Positions 51,657 through 62,137 of a stretch of DNA of 64,000 nucleotides are shown in pieces. Both the position numbers and the translations under genes were made by a program. Source of the stretch: Microcoleus sp. (lineage in GTDB: Bacteria; Cyanobacteriota; Cyanobacteriia; Cyanobacteriales; Microcoleaceae); the NCBI GenBank assembly GCA_052279835.1, contig CP181291.1, positions 5,504,001 through 5,568,000 of the forward strand, given 5' to 3'. Every line of letters starts with the position of its first letter. The stretch's first letter is position 1. The notes beneath the pieces were generated by a model. The model did no database searches and was not told the origin of the DNA. It was given only the letters and a program-made list of their open reading frames with translations.

Positions 51657-54600
51657 TTAACCCAAGACGCTAGAAACATCAATCAATCCTCCATTGCGGC
51701 GCACAATATTTGCCACTTCGGAATACATACTTCCCACTTTACCTTTGTGCTTGGTAAATAGTGAATGGCATCCCACAATTATTAGCAATTCTTGAGCGCG
51801 GGAAAAGGCAACGTTTACCCGTTCTGGCTTTTTGGCAAAGCCAATATCTCCATCGGGATTGTTTCTCACCATGCTGACAATAATAATCGGGCGTTCCATG
51901 CCCTGAAATCGGTCAACAGTGCCCGTTCTAATGGCAAGGGAGGGGAATTTGCGATCGCTAAGCATTTCCTCAATTCGCCTCAATTGAGCACCATAAAAGG
52001 TAATGATACCGATTTCTTTTTTGGGTTGTCCTTCCGCAACTTTCAGGCTCCAAACATCCTCCATTTGTTCGCACAGAATGTCAATGGCTTCGACTTCCTT
52101 AAGATTATACCTTGACGTTCCCTCTAACTGCTCTTGAAATCTTTGTTCTTGTGGCATTTTTACCCAGATTAGGTGATGTTCTGCTCGGATGATGTCGCCA
52201 GCTACATTGTGCGATCGCACTTTCTCAGGCTCCATAATCCCACAACGCAGGCTATGGTCGTAAAATTGATTAATCGCTCCCATAATGTAGGGGTGCATCC
52301 GATACTGAACAGTCAGCCGCCGCTTGATGCTTTCTGATGCAGCTTCAAATTGTTTCTTAAATAGAGATTCTTCCAGAAAGCTGATATCTTCTGGTTCGAT
52401 TCCCATTTCTGTCGCGATTTCCTCTAAACTCTTTTCATGTAGCATTGGCGGTAACTGGCGGTAGTCGCCAATCAATACTAATTTTTTGCCTTTGAGTGCA
52501 GGAATCAGAATTTCTGGAGGCGTACATTTGCTCACTTCGTCAATGATGACTACATCAAAATTGGTAAATTCTTTGAAACCGTAGCCCGCTACTTGGCTGC
52601 AAGTAATACCGATGACGTTGGCATTTTCGATGTAAACTTGCCTCAATTCGCTCTGATCTTGTTCGGAAGGGTTACGGAGTTTTGCGATCCAATCTTGAGT
52701 TAGGTTCTCATAGCCTTTAAGGTGGGATTCTTCTTGAGTGAGTTGTTGATCCCAAGCATCGAATTGTGTTTTGATTTCGTGCAAAAAATTGAGATCGTAT
52801 AAGCCGCTGTCGGGGATTGGTGGCTTTAGGCGATCGGGGATATTTTGCCACGCTGACTCCCACCAGTTTCGTTCACTAATTAAAGTGGGTGGTAGTTGCT
52901 GTTGAGCATCTATTTCGCGAAGTTGACTTTTAGATTTTGACAGGTTTCTTTTGGCGACTTTTACACCGCTCTTGCGGTTAGATGAGTTTCGGATCGTGAT
53001 TTCTCGGATATTCGAGAGTACACCAACAATATTAATAGCGGAAATCCCAGTCTCAATTTGGCTAATACGATTTTCCCAAGAGCGTACATTTTCTGCTATT
53101 TCTGGTGCTAGAGCCAGCATATCTGAAGGGGTTTGAATTGACTCTGCTAAAATGCGTAAATTTTCTGGCACTTCTGGGAATTGAGCAAAGTTTTTCCAGA
53201 GAGCGATCGATTTTTCAAACTTCATGTCAGCTTGGCTATGATAGCTGTCTATTTGTTGTTGATTGCCATAGCGTTTTATCTCTTCCACCGTTTGTATGAC
53301 TGACTTAGCTTCAAACATGGCAAGGAGCGCATCATTTCCATAAGACAATACAATCAGAGCATCATCAATCCATCCAGACAGATTATCCTGCAACCAAGCA
53401 GCTAAACCAAATGTCTCCCGTTGAGGAGGAACTAAACCAAGTTCAGAAGTCAGCTTAACTATTTCTTTAATCTTTGCCTTAAAACCTCGCACTGACTCCT
53501 CTAAAATTATGTAGGGTTTTAGACTCTCAAATAAATTAATTACTGCTACATCTTCCCAATTAATTGAAGATTGAGACATTAGCAATTCTAAACCGGGCAG
53601 GATATATTCAACAATTTCGCGCTGTTTAGCTTCCGCTTGTTGATATACACTTTCCTGATTTCTACAAGTTTCCTCTAACTCTGTCTTGCGCGATCGCAAC
53701 TCCTTGTAACTTTCTTGTAACTTTTCCTCGGCTTGCAAATACCCATCAAACCGAGTGGAACCTGCTAACAAGTTATTAAAAAACTCTATATCTTCCCGCT
53801 GTTTTGCCAACCGCTTCTCGCAGTCATCAGCCGTATTTCTCAGCCAATTGCCAATTACTTTATCTTCCACAAATGGCAAACCTTCCTCTTCCACTCGCTC
53901 CGCACGGCCCTTTCGCAAAGCGCGGATAACGGGACTGTGAATTAAGCGACTCAAGGCATTATCAACAGCCAAATTTGCTTGAGAAGCAATTAAAGTCCTC
54001 CCACCCCGCAGCGCAACTTGATAGGAAATTTCAGCGATAACAGTCGTTTTCCCCGTTCCAGGTGGCCCTTGAATTAGCACTAAATCTGGTGCAGATAAGA
54101 CAGCTTCTACTGCTGCAACTTGGTCATCATTTGCCCCTGATAGCAACAAATCCTCTGGTTTTAGTTTAACAGTTGTTTGTGGGTTTCTTGCCTGAGAAGC
54201 ATCAAAGAAAAATTCTCCTACATAGGGATTTTGAGCAATTCCCATTTGCAGATCGTCTAAAGCTTTTTTCTGCCGCTTAATTTGAGTTAAATCTCCCGCC
54301 GCCTCGAAAGACAAAAAGCCTGTTTTCGGCAATTGATAGTTTCCTTCTCCTATTTTTTCTACTAACTCAGAATCCAGTCTCACCCGGATAAATCCCTTTG
54401 CTTTGTCAATCTCTTCAATAGATCCTAATAAAATTGCCTGCCACTTTGCAGGCTGCGGGACAGATTCTCGCTCTGATGTGCGATCGTCTTGCTCGCGGAT
54501 TTCTTCAACTCGAACTACAAGTTTTATATCCTCATTTCTCGCCTTAGCTGCTCTTGTCCAGAAGTCATCTTGTTTGAGATAAATTCCTGATGACTTGTCA

Positions 54601-55928
54601 AGTTGCGCTAAAGATGCAGTGACCTCAAAAGTGATTTTGCGGGTAGCAGAACCGTAGTTATGACCGGAAAAAGCTACGAAAAATTCTCGCGTTTTAGCAA
54701 TCCGCTCTTCAATCTTTAAAAAGGCTCTCCAACCTTTTAACTGTTCTTCTGTTGGCACACAATCCCCGCAAAATGGAACGGTTTGCATGAGATTTAAAGC
54801 TGAAGTTGGCACGGGTCTCCGCGATTGGTGATTTAGGTGTAGACTTAGGGAGAAAAGAACGGAAAAACCATCACTACGTCCCCGTTCTGAAGCAACTAAA
54901 CGAGCAGAAAGTAAGCGTAAGCCATCGGATCTGCCTTCTGTGACAAGAGCCACCAAACTTAATGTTTTTTGCCGTTTTTCAAGGATTTCTGGTAGTTTAA
55001 CTGTTTCGATATCTGTGGCGATCGCCAGTTCCCATTTTTCTTCGCCCGGTGCTTCTCCCGGCTCTTTGCGGCGGACATAGAAAAGCCTGGGTTCGTCTCC
55101 CAAAATATCAGATAGCAAGTCTTCGGCGCGATCGCGGCGATCGCTAAATTCAGGATACTTTTCCAGAGCATCTTTACCTTCCATTTCACGGATTAGGTAA
55201 TCGATCGCCTGATTCCCTAAAAACCGATATCCCCAATTTTCATCATTATTATTGACAGGTTCTGTTGCAGTTTGTGATGAGAGAGGGGATGGATTATTAC
55301 TGGTTTGAGGTGCTGTAATAATCGCAGAAATTTTGATCGAGACGTTGTGGCTAGATGCTTGCAAAACAATAGAGCCAGATAGATTAGTTCCGGCTGGAAT
55401 ATCTTGGGAATTGAGGACAATATCTAGTTTCTGTAACCCGCAAGAAAGGTAAGGTTGCTGTACTTGTAACCAAGGCGCAGAGCACGAAACTTTGCAGTCG
55501 CCGCCGAGTTGCAGTTGTTCGGTTCGCTGCAAATATCGGTTAGTTTGGATTTCTCCAAAATCGACTGCTGTGGGAATGTCCCAGCTTACTCCTAGCCATT
55601 GGACGTTGGGAGCGCTTCCCAAACATCTTACTCTGTCTAAAACTGGTGCGGTATGCGGTGCGGCTTCGATCGCAACTTCTCCCGTATTCCCGCCGACATT
55701 CCGCTCGATGCTCAAGTTTTCGAGTTTCACTCCGGGGACTGCGATTTTCAAAACAGGTTCGTCAGTGGCAAAAATGATGGTGTTTTCTCCTTCCCCCCGC
55801 AGCACGATCGCTTTTTGAATCGTAAATGGCCCTTTATATTCACCTGCTGTCAATGCGATCTCATATCCATCTTTAACAATTGTCAAAAACTCACCAAAGT
55901 TATTCGGATCGGCGGAGAAAGTAGGCAT
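51657..55928 (-). CDS. SF1 Upf1/DNA2-like helicase (AAA_11/AAA_12) with beta-helix/Ig-like N-terminus and coiled-coil insert
   Basis: QGPPGTGKTT, SQANLAVDN, IIDEVS, GDYRQLPP, QYRMHP, ITFYGAQ, TVDRFQGME, NVAFSRA. Confidence 0.92.
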   Translation of the reverse strand: MPTFSADPNNFGEFLTIVKDGYEIALTAGEYKGPFTIQKAIVLRGEGENTIIFATDEPVLKIAVPGVKLENLSIERNVGGNTGEVAIEAAPHTAPVLDRVRCLGSAPNVQWLGVSWDIPTAVDFGEIQTNRYLQRTEQLQLGGDCKVSCSAPWLQVQQPYLSCGLQKLDIVLNSQDIPAGTNLSGSIVLQASSHNVSIKISAIITAPQTSNNPSPLSSQTATEPVNNNDENWGYRFLGNQAIDYLIREMEGKDALEKYPEFSDRRDRAEDLLSDILGDEPRLFYVRRKEPGEAPGEEKWELAIATDIETVKLPEILEKRQKTLSLVALVTEGRSDGLRLLSARLVASERGRSDGFSVLFSLSLHLNHQSRRPVPTSALNLMQTVPFCGDCVPTEEQLKGWRAFLKIEERIAKTREFFVAFSGHNYGSATRKITFEVTASLAQLDKSSGIYLKQDDFWTRAAKARNEDIKLVVRVEEIREQDDRTSERESVPQPAKWQAILLGSIEEIDKAKGFIRVRLDSELVEKIGEGNYQLPKTGFLSFEAAGDLTQIKRQKKALDDLQMGIAQNPYVGEFFFDASQARNPQTTVKLKPEDLLLSGANDDQVAAVEAVLSAPDLVLIQGPPGTGKTTVIAEISYQVALRGGRTLIASQANLAVDNALSRLIHSPVIRALRKGRAERVEEEGLPFVEDKVIGNWLRNTADDCEKRLAKQREDIEFFNNLLAGSTRFDGYLQAEEKLQESYKELRSRKTELEETCRNQESVYQQAEAKQREIVEYILPGLELLMSQSSINWEDVAVINLFESLKPYIILEESVRGFKAKIKEIVKLTSELGLVPPQRETFGLAAWLQDNLSGWIDDALIVLSYGNDALLAMFEAKSVIQTVEEIKRYGNQQQIDSYHSQADMKFEKSIALWKNFAQFPEVPENLRILAESIQTPSDMLALAPEIAENVRSWENRISQIETGISAINIVGVLSNIREITIRNSSNRKSGVKVAKRNLSKSKSQLREIDAQQQLPPTLISERNWWESAWQNIPDRLKPPIPDSGLYDLNFLHEIKTQFDAWDQQLTQEESHLKGYENLTQDWIAKLRNPSEQDQSELRQVYIENANVIGITCSQVAGYGFKEFTNFDVVIIDEVSKCTPPEILIPALKGKKLVLIGDYRQLPPMLHEKSLEEIATEMGIEPEDISFLEESLFKKQFEAASESIKRRLTVQYRMHPYIMGAINQFYDHSLRCGIMEPEKVRSHNVAGDIIRAEHHLIWVKMPQEQRFQEQLEGTSRYNLKEVEAIDILCEQMEDVWSLKVAEGQPKKEIGIITFYGAQLRRIEEMLSDRKFPSLAIRTGTVDRFQGMERPIIIVSMVRNNPDGDIGFAKKPERVNVAFSRAQELLIIVGCHSLFTKHKGKVGSMYSEVANIVRRNGGLIDVSSVLG

Positions 55929-56013
55929 AGATGTTTATGGGGGGCGATCGGGAAAAGTATTAATATCATTTTAACCATCTTAAATCCGCAGTTGCTCAAG
56001 TTTCACTGTCACC

Positions 56014-56958
56014 TTAATTCTCGATCGCACTTCGGCGCGCTTTAATCAAAAACTGATTAGCCTTTTCATAATTAGGGCGTTCGGGTAAGCGAGTTGAGCC
56101 AAAGGCGCGATCGAACTCTCGATGCAAATCCAGCCGCCACCGATTCACCTCATCCCACGGTACTTCCTGATTGCGGATAGACAAAAGTTGCGATCGATAA
56201 TCATCCACTCGCACCGGCACAAAACCCTCCTTCAACACCGTAATTCCTGATAATAGCAACCGAATCAAGTGCATCGCGTGCTTCGAGCGAACTTCTCCTG
56301 TATTCCGCAAGTCTTGCTCCATTTTTTTAAACTGAGATAAAACGTAGCCGTTGTAAGTTTGATAAACCAATTTAGACAAAAAGATTTCCCGAATTTCCAG
56401 CAATTCTGCTGCTACAGGGGAAAGGGTTTCTACCAAAGGAGTATACAAACATTCCAGCACATTTGGATTACCTTTGAGCGCCACAATCAAAAACTTTTGC
56501 AGTTCCCAGTAACATTCATCATTTTGCTTGTTTTCCAATTGCTCTGGAATCCCATAAAGCGACCAATGAAGGTTTGCGGGTGGTTGATAAATCCCGCGCC
56601 GATCTGTATCAGATTGCGCGTTATCTAAACCATAGGCTTTGGAACCGACTATGCAGCGGTAAATGACAGAATCATACAGGTTATATTCTGCTAAAAAATC
56701 TGCTTTTGACTGCAATCCTTCGCTCTGAAACTGCTTGCGGATACTGAGTTCGTGTCGCCGCAAACTGATTTCTGTGCCGTCTGGGAGTTTGACTAAATAT
56801 GCGTGAGAATTATCCGTAGGCGATTGAACGATGACACCTACTGCGCCTGGTTTCCAAGATTGATTAGTGGCGGGGTTTTTGACCTCGATTTTGGTGACAA
56901 TCTGGGTTCCTGCGGGGATGATTAAGTTGAAATTTTGGGAAATATTGGCATTTGCCAT
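56014..56958 (-). CDS. Pol-beta-family nucleotidyltransferase (RlaP/YcgL-like) with N-terminal SH3-like domain
   Basis: GSKAYGL....SDTDRRG, KGNPNVLE.L, KHAMHLIRLL, LPERP; GGAGG RBS. Confidence 0.88.
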   Translation of the reverse strand: MANANISQNFNLIIPAGTQIVTKIEVKNPATNQSWKPGAVGVIVQSPTDNSHAYLVKLPDGTEISLRRHELSIRKQFQSEGLQSKADFLAEYNLYDSVIYRCIVGSKAYGLDNAQSDTDRRGIYQPPANLHWSLYGIPEQLENKQNDECYWELQKFLIVALKGNPNVLECLYTPLVETLSPVAAELLEIREIFLSKLVYQTYNGYVLSQFKKMEQDLRNTGEVRSKHAMHLIRLLLSGITVLKEGFVPVRVDDYRSQLLSIRNQEVPWDEVNRWRLDLHREFDRAFGSTRLPERPNYEKANQFLIKARRSAIEN

Positions 56959-57170
56959 GAGGGAACCTCCGGCGGGGAACGAGTTACAATGTTATTGTAA
57001 CATAAATGTAGTATCAAGCAAAGGGAGTTTTGGGCGATCGCCCAAAACTCCCCAAGCTACTGCTCTCCAGATTGAGCACAATAGCCCCTTGGCAACTGTT
57101 ATAAAACTTTGCATTTAGCCCAAAGTAATGGTAGTAAGTTTTAAATGTTGTTTGTAAGGATTAAATCAAA

Positions 57171-57242
<72 letters not shown>

Positions 57243-57357
57243 GTAGATAACTAATCTATCATACTATGTCCAGATTTGCAAGCACAATTTCCCGAAAAAT
57301 TTAGTGGCACTCGACAAAATGCCCGATCGCACGCACAGGCATTAGTCGAGCCTAGCA

Positions 57358-57570
57358 TCAATCAACCAACCACCAGCCCGCCGCGGGGCCGACAAATCGT
57401 ACTACAACCCACCAAGCAACCAGCAAACTAATCCCGATCCAGCTTCCGCGACTTGTCCACTTTACAAAATCTTCGCTTTGGGTTTTCGTGATCGGCAGCC
57501 AAGGATAGATACGTTCTTCTTCACCATACTTGTCGCCGATCGCCTGTTTGCGACGTTTAGATTCGCCCAT
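57358..57570 (-). CDS. DUF2839 protein
   Basis: MGESKRRK ... W.P.TK.Q, W..VRF.GP..GWW. Confidence 0.88.
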   Translation of the reverse strand: MGESKRRKQAIGDKYGEEERIYPWLPITKTQSEDFVKWTSRGSWIGISLLVAWWVVVRFVGPAAGWWLVD

Positions 57571-57650
57571 AATCTTTGTCTACTAAATTAGATTTCCAAT
57601 TGGATACTGAACCAAATTATACGCCAACAGGTCAAACCCGCCCCTAGGGT

Positions 57651-59702
57651 TTAATTTTTACCGTTTCCGGTAGTTAACAAAACCCGCTTTGCTAAAGGTT
57701 CTGGTACTTCCTGCAACCGATCGAATTCCCAGTGGAAAAAGCCGACTCCCATAGTTTGCGATCGCAATTCGACGATAGAATCCTGCATTTCTGCTAGCGG
57801 CACATAAGCTGTAACTGTATCCCATCCTTTCCAGTTTGATTTGCTTTCGTAGCCGAGAATTTGACCGCGGCGACCGCTCACTAATTGCAGCACTTTTGAA
57901 GTAAACTCATTGGGAGTGTGAATCTCCACTTTGGCGATCGGCTCCAGCAACACCGATTCACACTTCGCCATCCCCTCCTGCATCGCCAAACGCGCCGCCT
58001 GCTTGAAAGCTTGTTCCGAACTATCGACGCTGTGATAGGAACCGTTTGTCAGTGTCACAGCTACGTCTACCACAGGGAAACCGAGGGGGCCGCGATCGAG
58101 ATATTCGCGCACCCCAATTTCTACACCGGGAATGTACTGTTTGGGGACGACTCCACCGACGATGCGATCGCAGAAATTGAAGCCTTCTCCTCGTGGCTGC
58201 GGTTGAATGTCTAGGTAAACGTCACCAAATTGTCCATGGCCACCGCTTTGGTGTTTGTAGCGCCCGTGGATGGCTGATGCGGGTTTGCGGATGGTTTCTT
58301 TGTAGGGTACTTGGGGTAAGTGAGTTGTCATCGGCAAGTTATACTTGCGGCGCAATCTCTCTAAAGATACTTTCAGGTGAATTTCGCCTTGACCCCAAAG
58401 TATAATTTCGTGGGTGTCGCCGTGCTGTTGCCAAACTAAAGATGGGTCTTCTTCGAGGAGTTTGGCTAGGGCGCTGGTCATTTTTACTTCGTCGTTGCGT
58501 TTTTCTGGGGCGATCGCCAAGGCGTACACTGGCGACAATATTTCGGCTTTTGGCAATGACTTGGTGCGATCGACTGTCAGGGTATCGCCTGTGTTTACAC
58601 CTTCTAGCCGTCCCAAAGCTACTATTTCCCCGGCCCTGGCGTTGGTTAAGCTTTGGGTTTGCCAGCCGTTTAAACGGTACAAACCGTTAACTCGAATGCC
58701 GTTCAAAGTTGTTCCATCTGCTAAGGTCCCCTGCCATATTCTCACTAACGATAGTTTACCGCCCTGGGGTGTATAATAGGTTTTCAGGACTTGAGCGGTG
58801 ACTTTTTCATCACTTTGTATAAGACCGCGCCTTTGGGCCGTTGTTTCTGGGGCGGGGGCTTCTCGCAGCAAAGCTTCCAGTAATGGGCGCACCCCGAAAT
58901 CTTGTTCTGCAATACCGATGAATACGGGAACGATTAAATCGGCACCCAATTCCATCTTTAAATCGCGGGTAATTTCTTCGGCGTCGGGGTTGATTTCTTC
59001 CAGCAATTCTGCAAGTAAATTATCATCAAAATTTGCCAATTCCTCCAGCATTTGTTGCCGCGCTTCGTTTTCTTGGGCTTGGAGGTGTTCCGGTAGCGGT
59101 ACGGGATCGGCGGGGGCTCCTGGATGGTAGTGATAAGCTTGTTCGGTTACTAAGTCGATGAAACCGATGATTTTTTCGTTGTGTCCGATCGGATATTGGT
59201 GAGGTACGATCGGTCTACTAGAAATAGATTTGAGTGCGTTGATGATGGTGGTAAAGTTGCTACCGCAAGTCGTTTCGTCGGTACAAGCGCGGTCTATTTT
59301 GTTGACAAAAACTAGGTGAGGAATTTCCCAATCATCGAGGAATTTAAACAGCGGCGCGAGGGTGAGAGTTCGATCGGTCACGGGTTCGCAAACTACTATG
59401 GCCGCGTCTACACCGATGAGTGCGTTGAGAGTTTCTTGAGCAAATTCGATGGACCCTGGACAGTCAAGAAATGTGAAGCGGACATTTTCGTATTCTGTGC
59501 TCGCGGCGTTCACTTCTGTGCTCATTTTGCGATCGCGCGCTTCGGGGGAACTATCACCTATTGTATTGCCATCTTTGGCATTACCTTTGCGGGTAATTGC
59601 CCCTGTCACCGATAGCAAACTCTCCAGCAGTGCGGTTTTACCGCTTAAATAAGGGCCAACAATTGCAATGTTCCGCGTGGCCCCAATGACTTTGTGGTTC
59701 AT
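57651..59702 (-). CDS. elongation factor G paralog (EF-G2 type)
   Basis: GPYLSGKT, DCPG, NKID, GEIHL, YKHQSGGHGQFG, GSYHSVDSS; GGAGG RBS before ATG 59702. Confidence 0.92.
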   Translation of the reverse strand: MNHKVIGATRNIAIVGPYLSGKTALLESLLSVTGAITRKGNAKDGNTIGDSSPEARDRKMSTEVNAASTEYENVRFTFLDCPGSIEFAQETLNALIGVDAAIVVCEPVTDRTLTLAPLFKFLDDWEIPHLVFVNKIDRACTDETTCGSNFTTIINALKSISSRPIVPHQYPIGHNEKIIGFIDLVTEQAYHYHPGAPADPVPLPEHLQAQENEARQQMLEELANFDDNLLAELLEEINPDAEEITRDLKMELGADLIVPVFIGIAEQDFGVRPLLEALLREAPAPETTAQRRGLIQSDEKVTAQVLKTYYTPQGGKLSLVRIWQGTLADGTTLNGIRVNGLYRLNGWQTQSLTNARAGEIVALGRLEGVNTGDTLTVDRTKSLPKAEILSPVYALAIAPEKRNDEVKMTSALAKLLEEDPSLVWQQHGDTHEIILWGQGEIHLKVSLERLRRKYNLPMTTHLPQVPYKETIRKPASAIHGRYKHQSGGHGQFGDVYLDIQPQPRGEGFNFCDRIVGGVVPKQYIPGVEIGVREYLDRGPLGFPVVDVAVTLTNGSYHSVDSSEQAFKQAARLAMQEGMAKCESVLLEPIAKVEIHTPNEFTSKVLQLVSGRRGQILGYESKSNWKGWDTVTAYVPLAEMQDSIVELRSQTMGVGFFHWEFDRLQEVPEPLAKRVLLTTGNGKN

Positions 59703-59886
59703 ATTGCCTCCGACTGAAAACAAGTTTTCAATTGCTCTAGAGTGGATTAAATTGAATCTCATCTTCTAGACTGTTTCTAGGTAATTTTTGATTGCACTCT
59801 AGAGCAATTTTAGATTTTGGTATGATTCAATACTTTTGACCCTAGCGTGTTTTGGGTGACAAAACAAAAATTGTATTTTTTCTTAA

Positions 59887-60084
59887 TATTTTGATTTTTT
59901 TACCGCAGAGAGCGCAGAGAGCGCAGAGGAGGAGGAGAGGGGACTGATTATTCCTAGTTAGGGTGGATTTTATGTCGCTCTTGTTGTTATTTTGATTTTT
60001 TTACCGCAGAGAGCGCAGAGAGCGCAGAGGAGGAGAAGACGGGGACTTATTATTCCTAGTTAGGGTGGATTTGATGTCGCTCTT
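59887..60084. repeat. 101-bp tandem duplication containing CGCAGAGAG units
   Basis: Copies start at 59887 and 59988 and are near-identical. Confidence 0.85.
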
Positions 60085-60102
60085 CCTCTGCCTCGCATTT
60101 CT

Positions 60103-62016
60103 CTAATTTCTCAGCAATCGCAAGCCGCTTAATGTTACTATTACTGTAGAGCCTTCGTGACCGATGACACCTAAAGGCATGGTAATATTTCCGATAAAAT
60201 TAGCCGCCAGTAATAGCATAATACAACTGAGTGCAAAAACAATGTTTTGTTTGACAACATTTTGAGCGCGACGGCCTAAAATAATTGCTTTTGCTAGCTG
60301 TTCTAATCTATCGGCCATTAATACGATATCCGCAGTTTCCAAAGCTACATCGCTGCCAGCAATTCCCATGGCAATTCCCACAGAAGCTTGAGCGAGGGCG
60401 GGGGCATCGTTGATGCCGTCTCCTACCATGGCGACGGTTTGATACTGTTTTTGCAGTCGTTGAATTACGGCTACTTTATCTTCTGGTAACAGTTCGGCAT
60501 AGACTTCTTTGATGCCTAATTCGCTGGCTATGTATTGAGCTGTTTGCTGATTGTCACCTGTCAGCATAATTATATGTTCTACGCCTAACTTGGTCAAGCG
60601 TTTGATGGTATTGGCTGCTTCGGGGCGGAGGGTGTCTGCTACAGCAATTATTCCCAACAGTTCATCGCCCTGACTCACCCAAACCACGGTTTTTCCTGCT
60701 GCTTGCAACTGCTGGCTGACTTGAGTTAACTCCCCTGTTGCTTGCACGAAATTAGCTTTACCAATGGAGATGATTTGGTTGTTGATTTTGCCGACAATTC
60801 CTTGGCCGACTTTGGCTTGAACTTCGGTGGCGACGGGAAGTGCTAATTGTTGTTTTTGGGCGGCTTCGACAATGGCAATTGCGATCGCGTGTTCTGAGTA
60901 AGTTTCCAAGGCGGCCGCTAATTGCAGAACTTCTGTTTCAGTATATCCGGTGGCGGGGACAATTTGGATAACTTCCGGTTTTCCGGTAGTCAGAGTTCCT
61001 GTTTTATCAAAGGCGATCGCCCTGACTTTACCAATTATCTCTAACTGCGCGCCACTTTTAAACAAAATTCCCTGTTTCGCCCCATTCGCAATTCCCGAAA
61101 GTAGCGCGGGCATAATCGAAGCCATCAGCGCGCAGGGAGAAGCAACTACTAGGAAAATCAACGCCCGATAGATAGTATCTTCCCAATTCCAACCGAAAAT
61201 AAATGGTGGCAAAGTTGCCAACAGCAAGCCAATAATCACAATAAAGCGAGCATAACCACGCTCGAATTTTTCCACAAACATTTGAGAAGGAGGCGCTGCG
61301 GTTTGTGCTTGCTGTACCAGCCGAATGACGCGCTGAATCAAACTGCTTTCTGGGGTTTTGTGAACTTCCACTTGTAGCGCGCCGAAACCGTTAATTGTTC
61401 CGGCATAAACTTCATCACCTGCTGTTTTTTCCACGGGCATAGATTCGCCGGTAATTGAGGCTTGATTCAGGCTGCTAGCACCTTCTATAATTATCGCATC
61501 CGTGGGAACTATTTCTCCTGGCTTGACTAAAATGCGATCGCCAATTTGCAATTTATCGATCGCAATTTCCCGTTCATCGCCATCAAGCACCACCCTAGCA
61601 GTATCCGCAGTCAAACTCATCAAACTGCGGATGCTGCGTTCAGTCCGCTGCATAGCATAACCTTCTAGGGCACCGCTAATCGCAAAGATTAAAATCAAAA
61701 CAGCGCCGTCAATAATTAAATGATATTCATGTCGCCACAGCCCCAAACTGGCCGCCCCCAAAGCAGCCACAATCATTAGCAAATCGACATCTAATTCATG
61801 TTCTTGAAAAAGTGTCGTTAATCCTTCGCGGGCGCTAGAATAACCACCGATGACATAAGCAGCCGGGAGGATGAATAAAGCCAAACCCAACCAGCCTAGT
61901 TGCAGCGCTAGGGAACCCAAAATGACCAAAATTCCGCAGAGGGTGGCGGTTAAAGCGTCGGGATGTTCTTCTGCTAACTGAGAGATGCGAGAAATTGAGA
62001 TGGAATTAGAAGTCAT
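60103..62016 (-). CDS. coaT: P1B-4 type (Co2+) heavy-metal ATPase, CoaT-like
   Basis: TGES, SPC, DKTGTLT, GDGINDAP, HEGST; no N-terminal HMA domain; divergent from coaR. Confidence 0.88.
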   Translation of the reverse strand: MTSNSISISRISQLAEEHPDALTATLCGILVILGSLALQLGWLGLALFILPAAYVIGGYSSAREGLTTLFQEHELDVDLLMIVAALGAASLGLWRHEYHLIIDGAVLILIFAISGALEGYAMQRTERSIRSLMSLTADTARVVLDGDEREIAIDKLQIGDRILVKPGEIVPTDAIIIEGASSLNQASITGESMPVEKTAGDEVYAGTINGFGALQVEVHKTPESSLIQRVIRLVQQAQTAAPPSQMFVEKFERGYARFIVIIGLLLATLPPFIFGWNWEDTIYRALIFLVVASPCALMASIMPALLSGIANGAKQGILFKSGAQLEIIGKVRAIAFDKTGTLTTGKPEVIQIVPATGYTETEVLQLAAALETYSEHAIAIAIVEAAQKQQLALPVATEVQAKVGQGIVGKINNQIISIGKANFVQATGELTQVSQQLQAAGKTVVWVSQGDELLGIIAVADTLRPEAANTIKRLTKLGVEHIIMLTGDNQQTAQYIASELGIKEVYAELLPEDKVAVIQRLQKQYQTVAMVGDGINDAPALAQASVGIAMGIAGSDVALETADIVLMADRLEQLAKAIILGRRAQNVVKQNIVFALSCIMLLLAANFIGNITMPLGVIGHEGSTVIVTLSGLRLLRN

Positions 62017-62054
62017 TGGAAAAATTTGATTTGGTAGAATGACTCCTGTAGCCT

Positions 62055-62086
62055 AAACCTTGACATTAATGTCAATGTCAAGAGTA
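62055..62086. promoter_or_regulatory. CoaR (MerR-type) operator/promoter
   Basis: AAACCTTGACATT-N6-AATGTCAAGAGTA hyphenated inverted repeat with TTGACA on both strands, like the Synechocystis coaT operator. Confidence 0.8.
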
Positions 62087-62137
62087 AAACCCAACAAAAT
62101 TACAAAACTCCATAACTACACAAACAAACAGAGGCCC

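Noticed and set aside
49225..57170. Intact tRNA-integrated element or prophage
   Set aside because: No integrase, phage genes or duplicated tRNA 3' end seen; HIP1 sites are frequent, suggesting long residence in cyanobacteria
57310..57350. Hairpin CTCGAC..AATGCC..GGCATT..GTCGAG as a novel ncRNA
   Set aside because: More simply explained as the 3' stem-loop of the DUF2839 transcript; no other support
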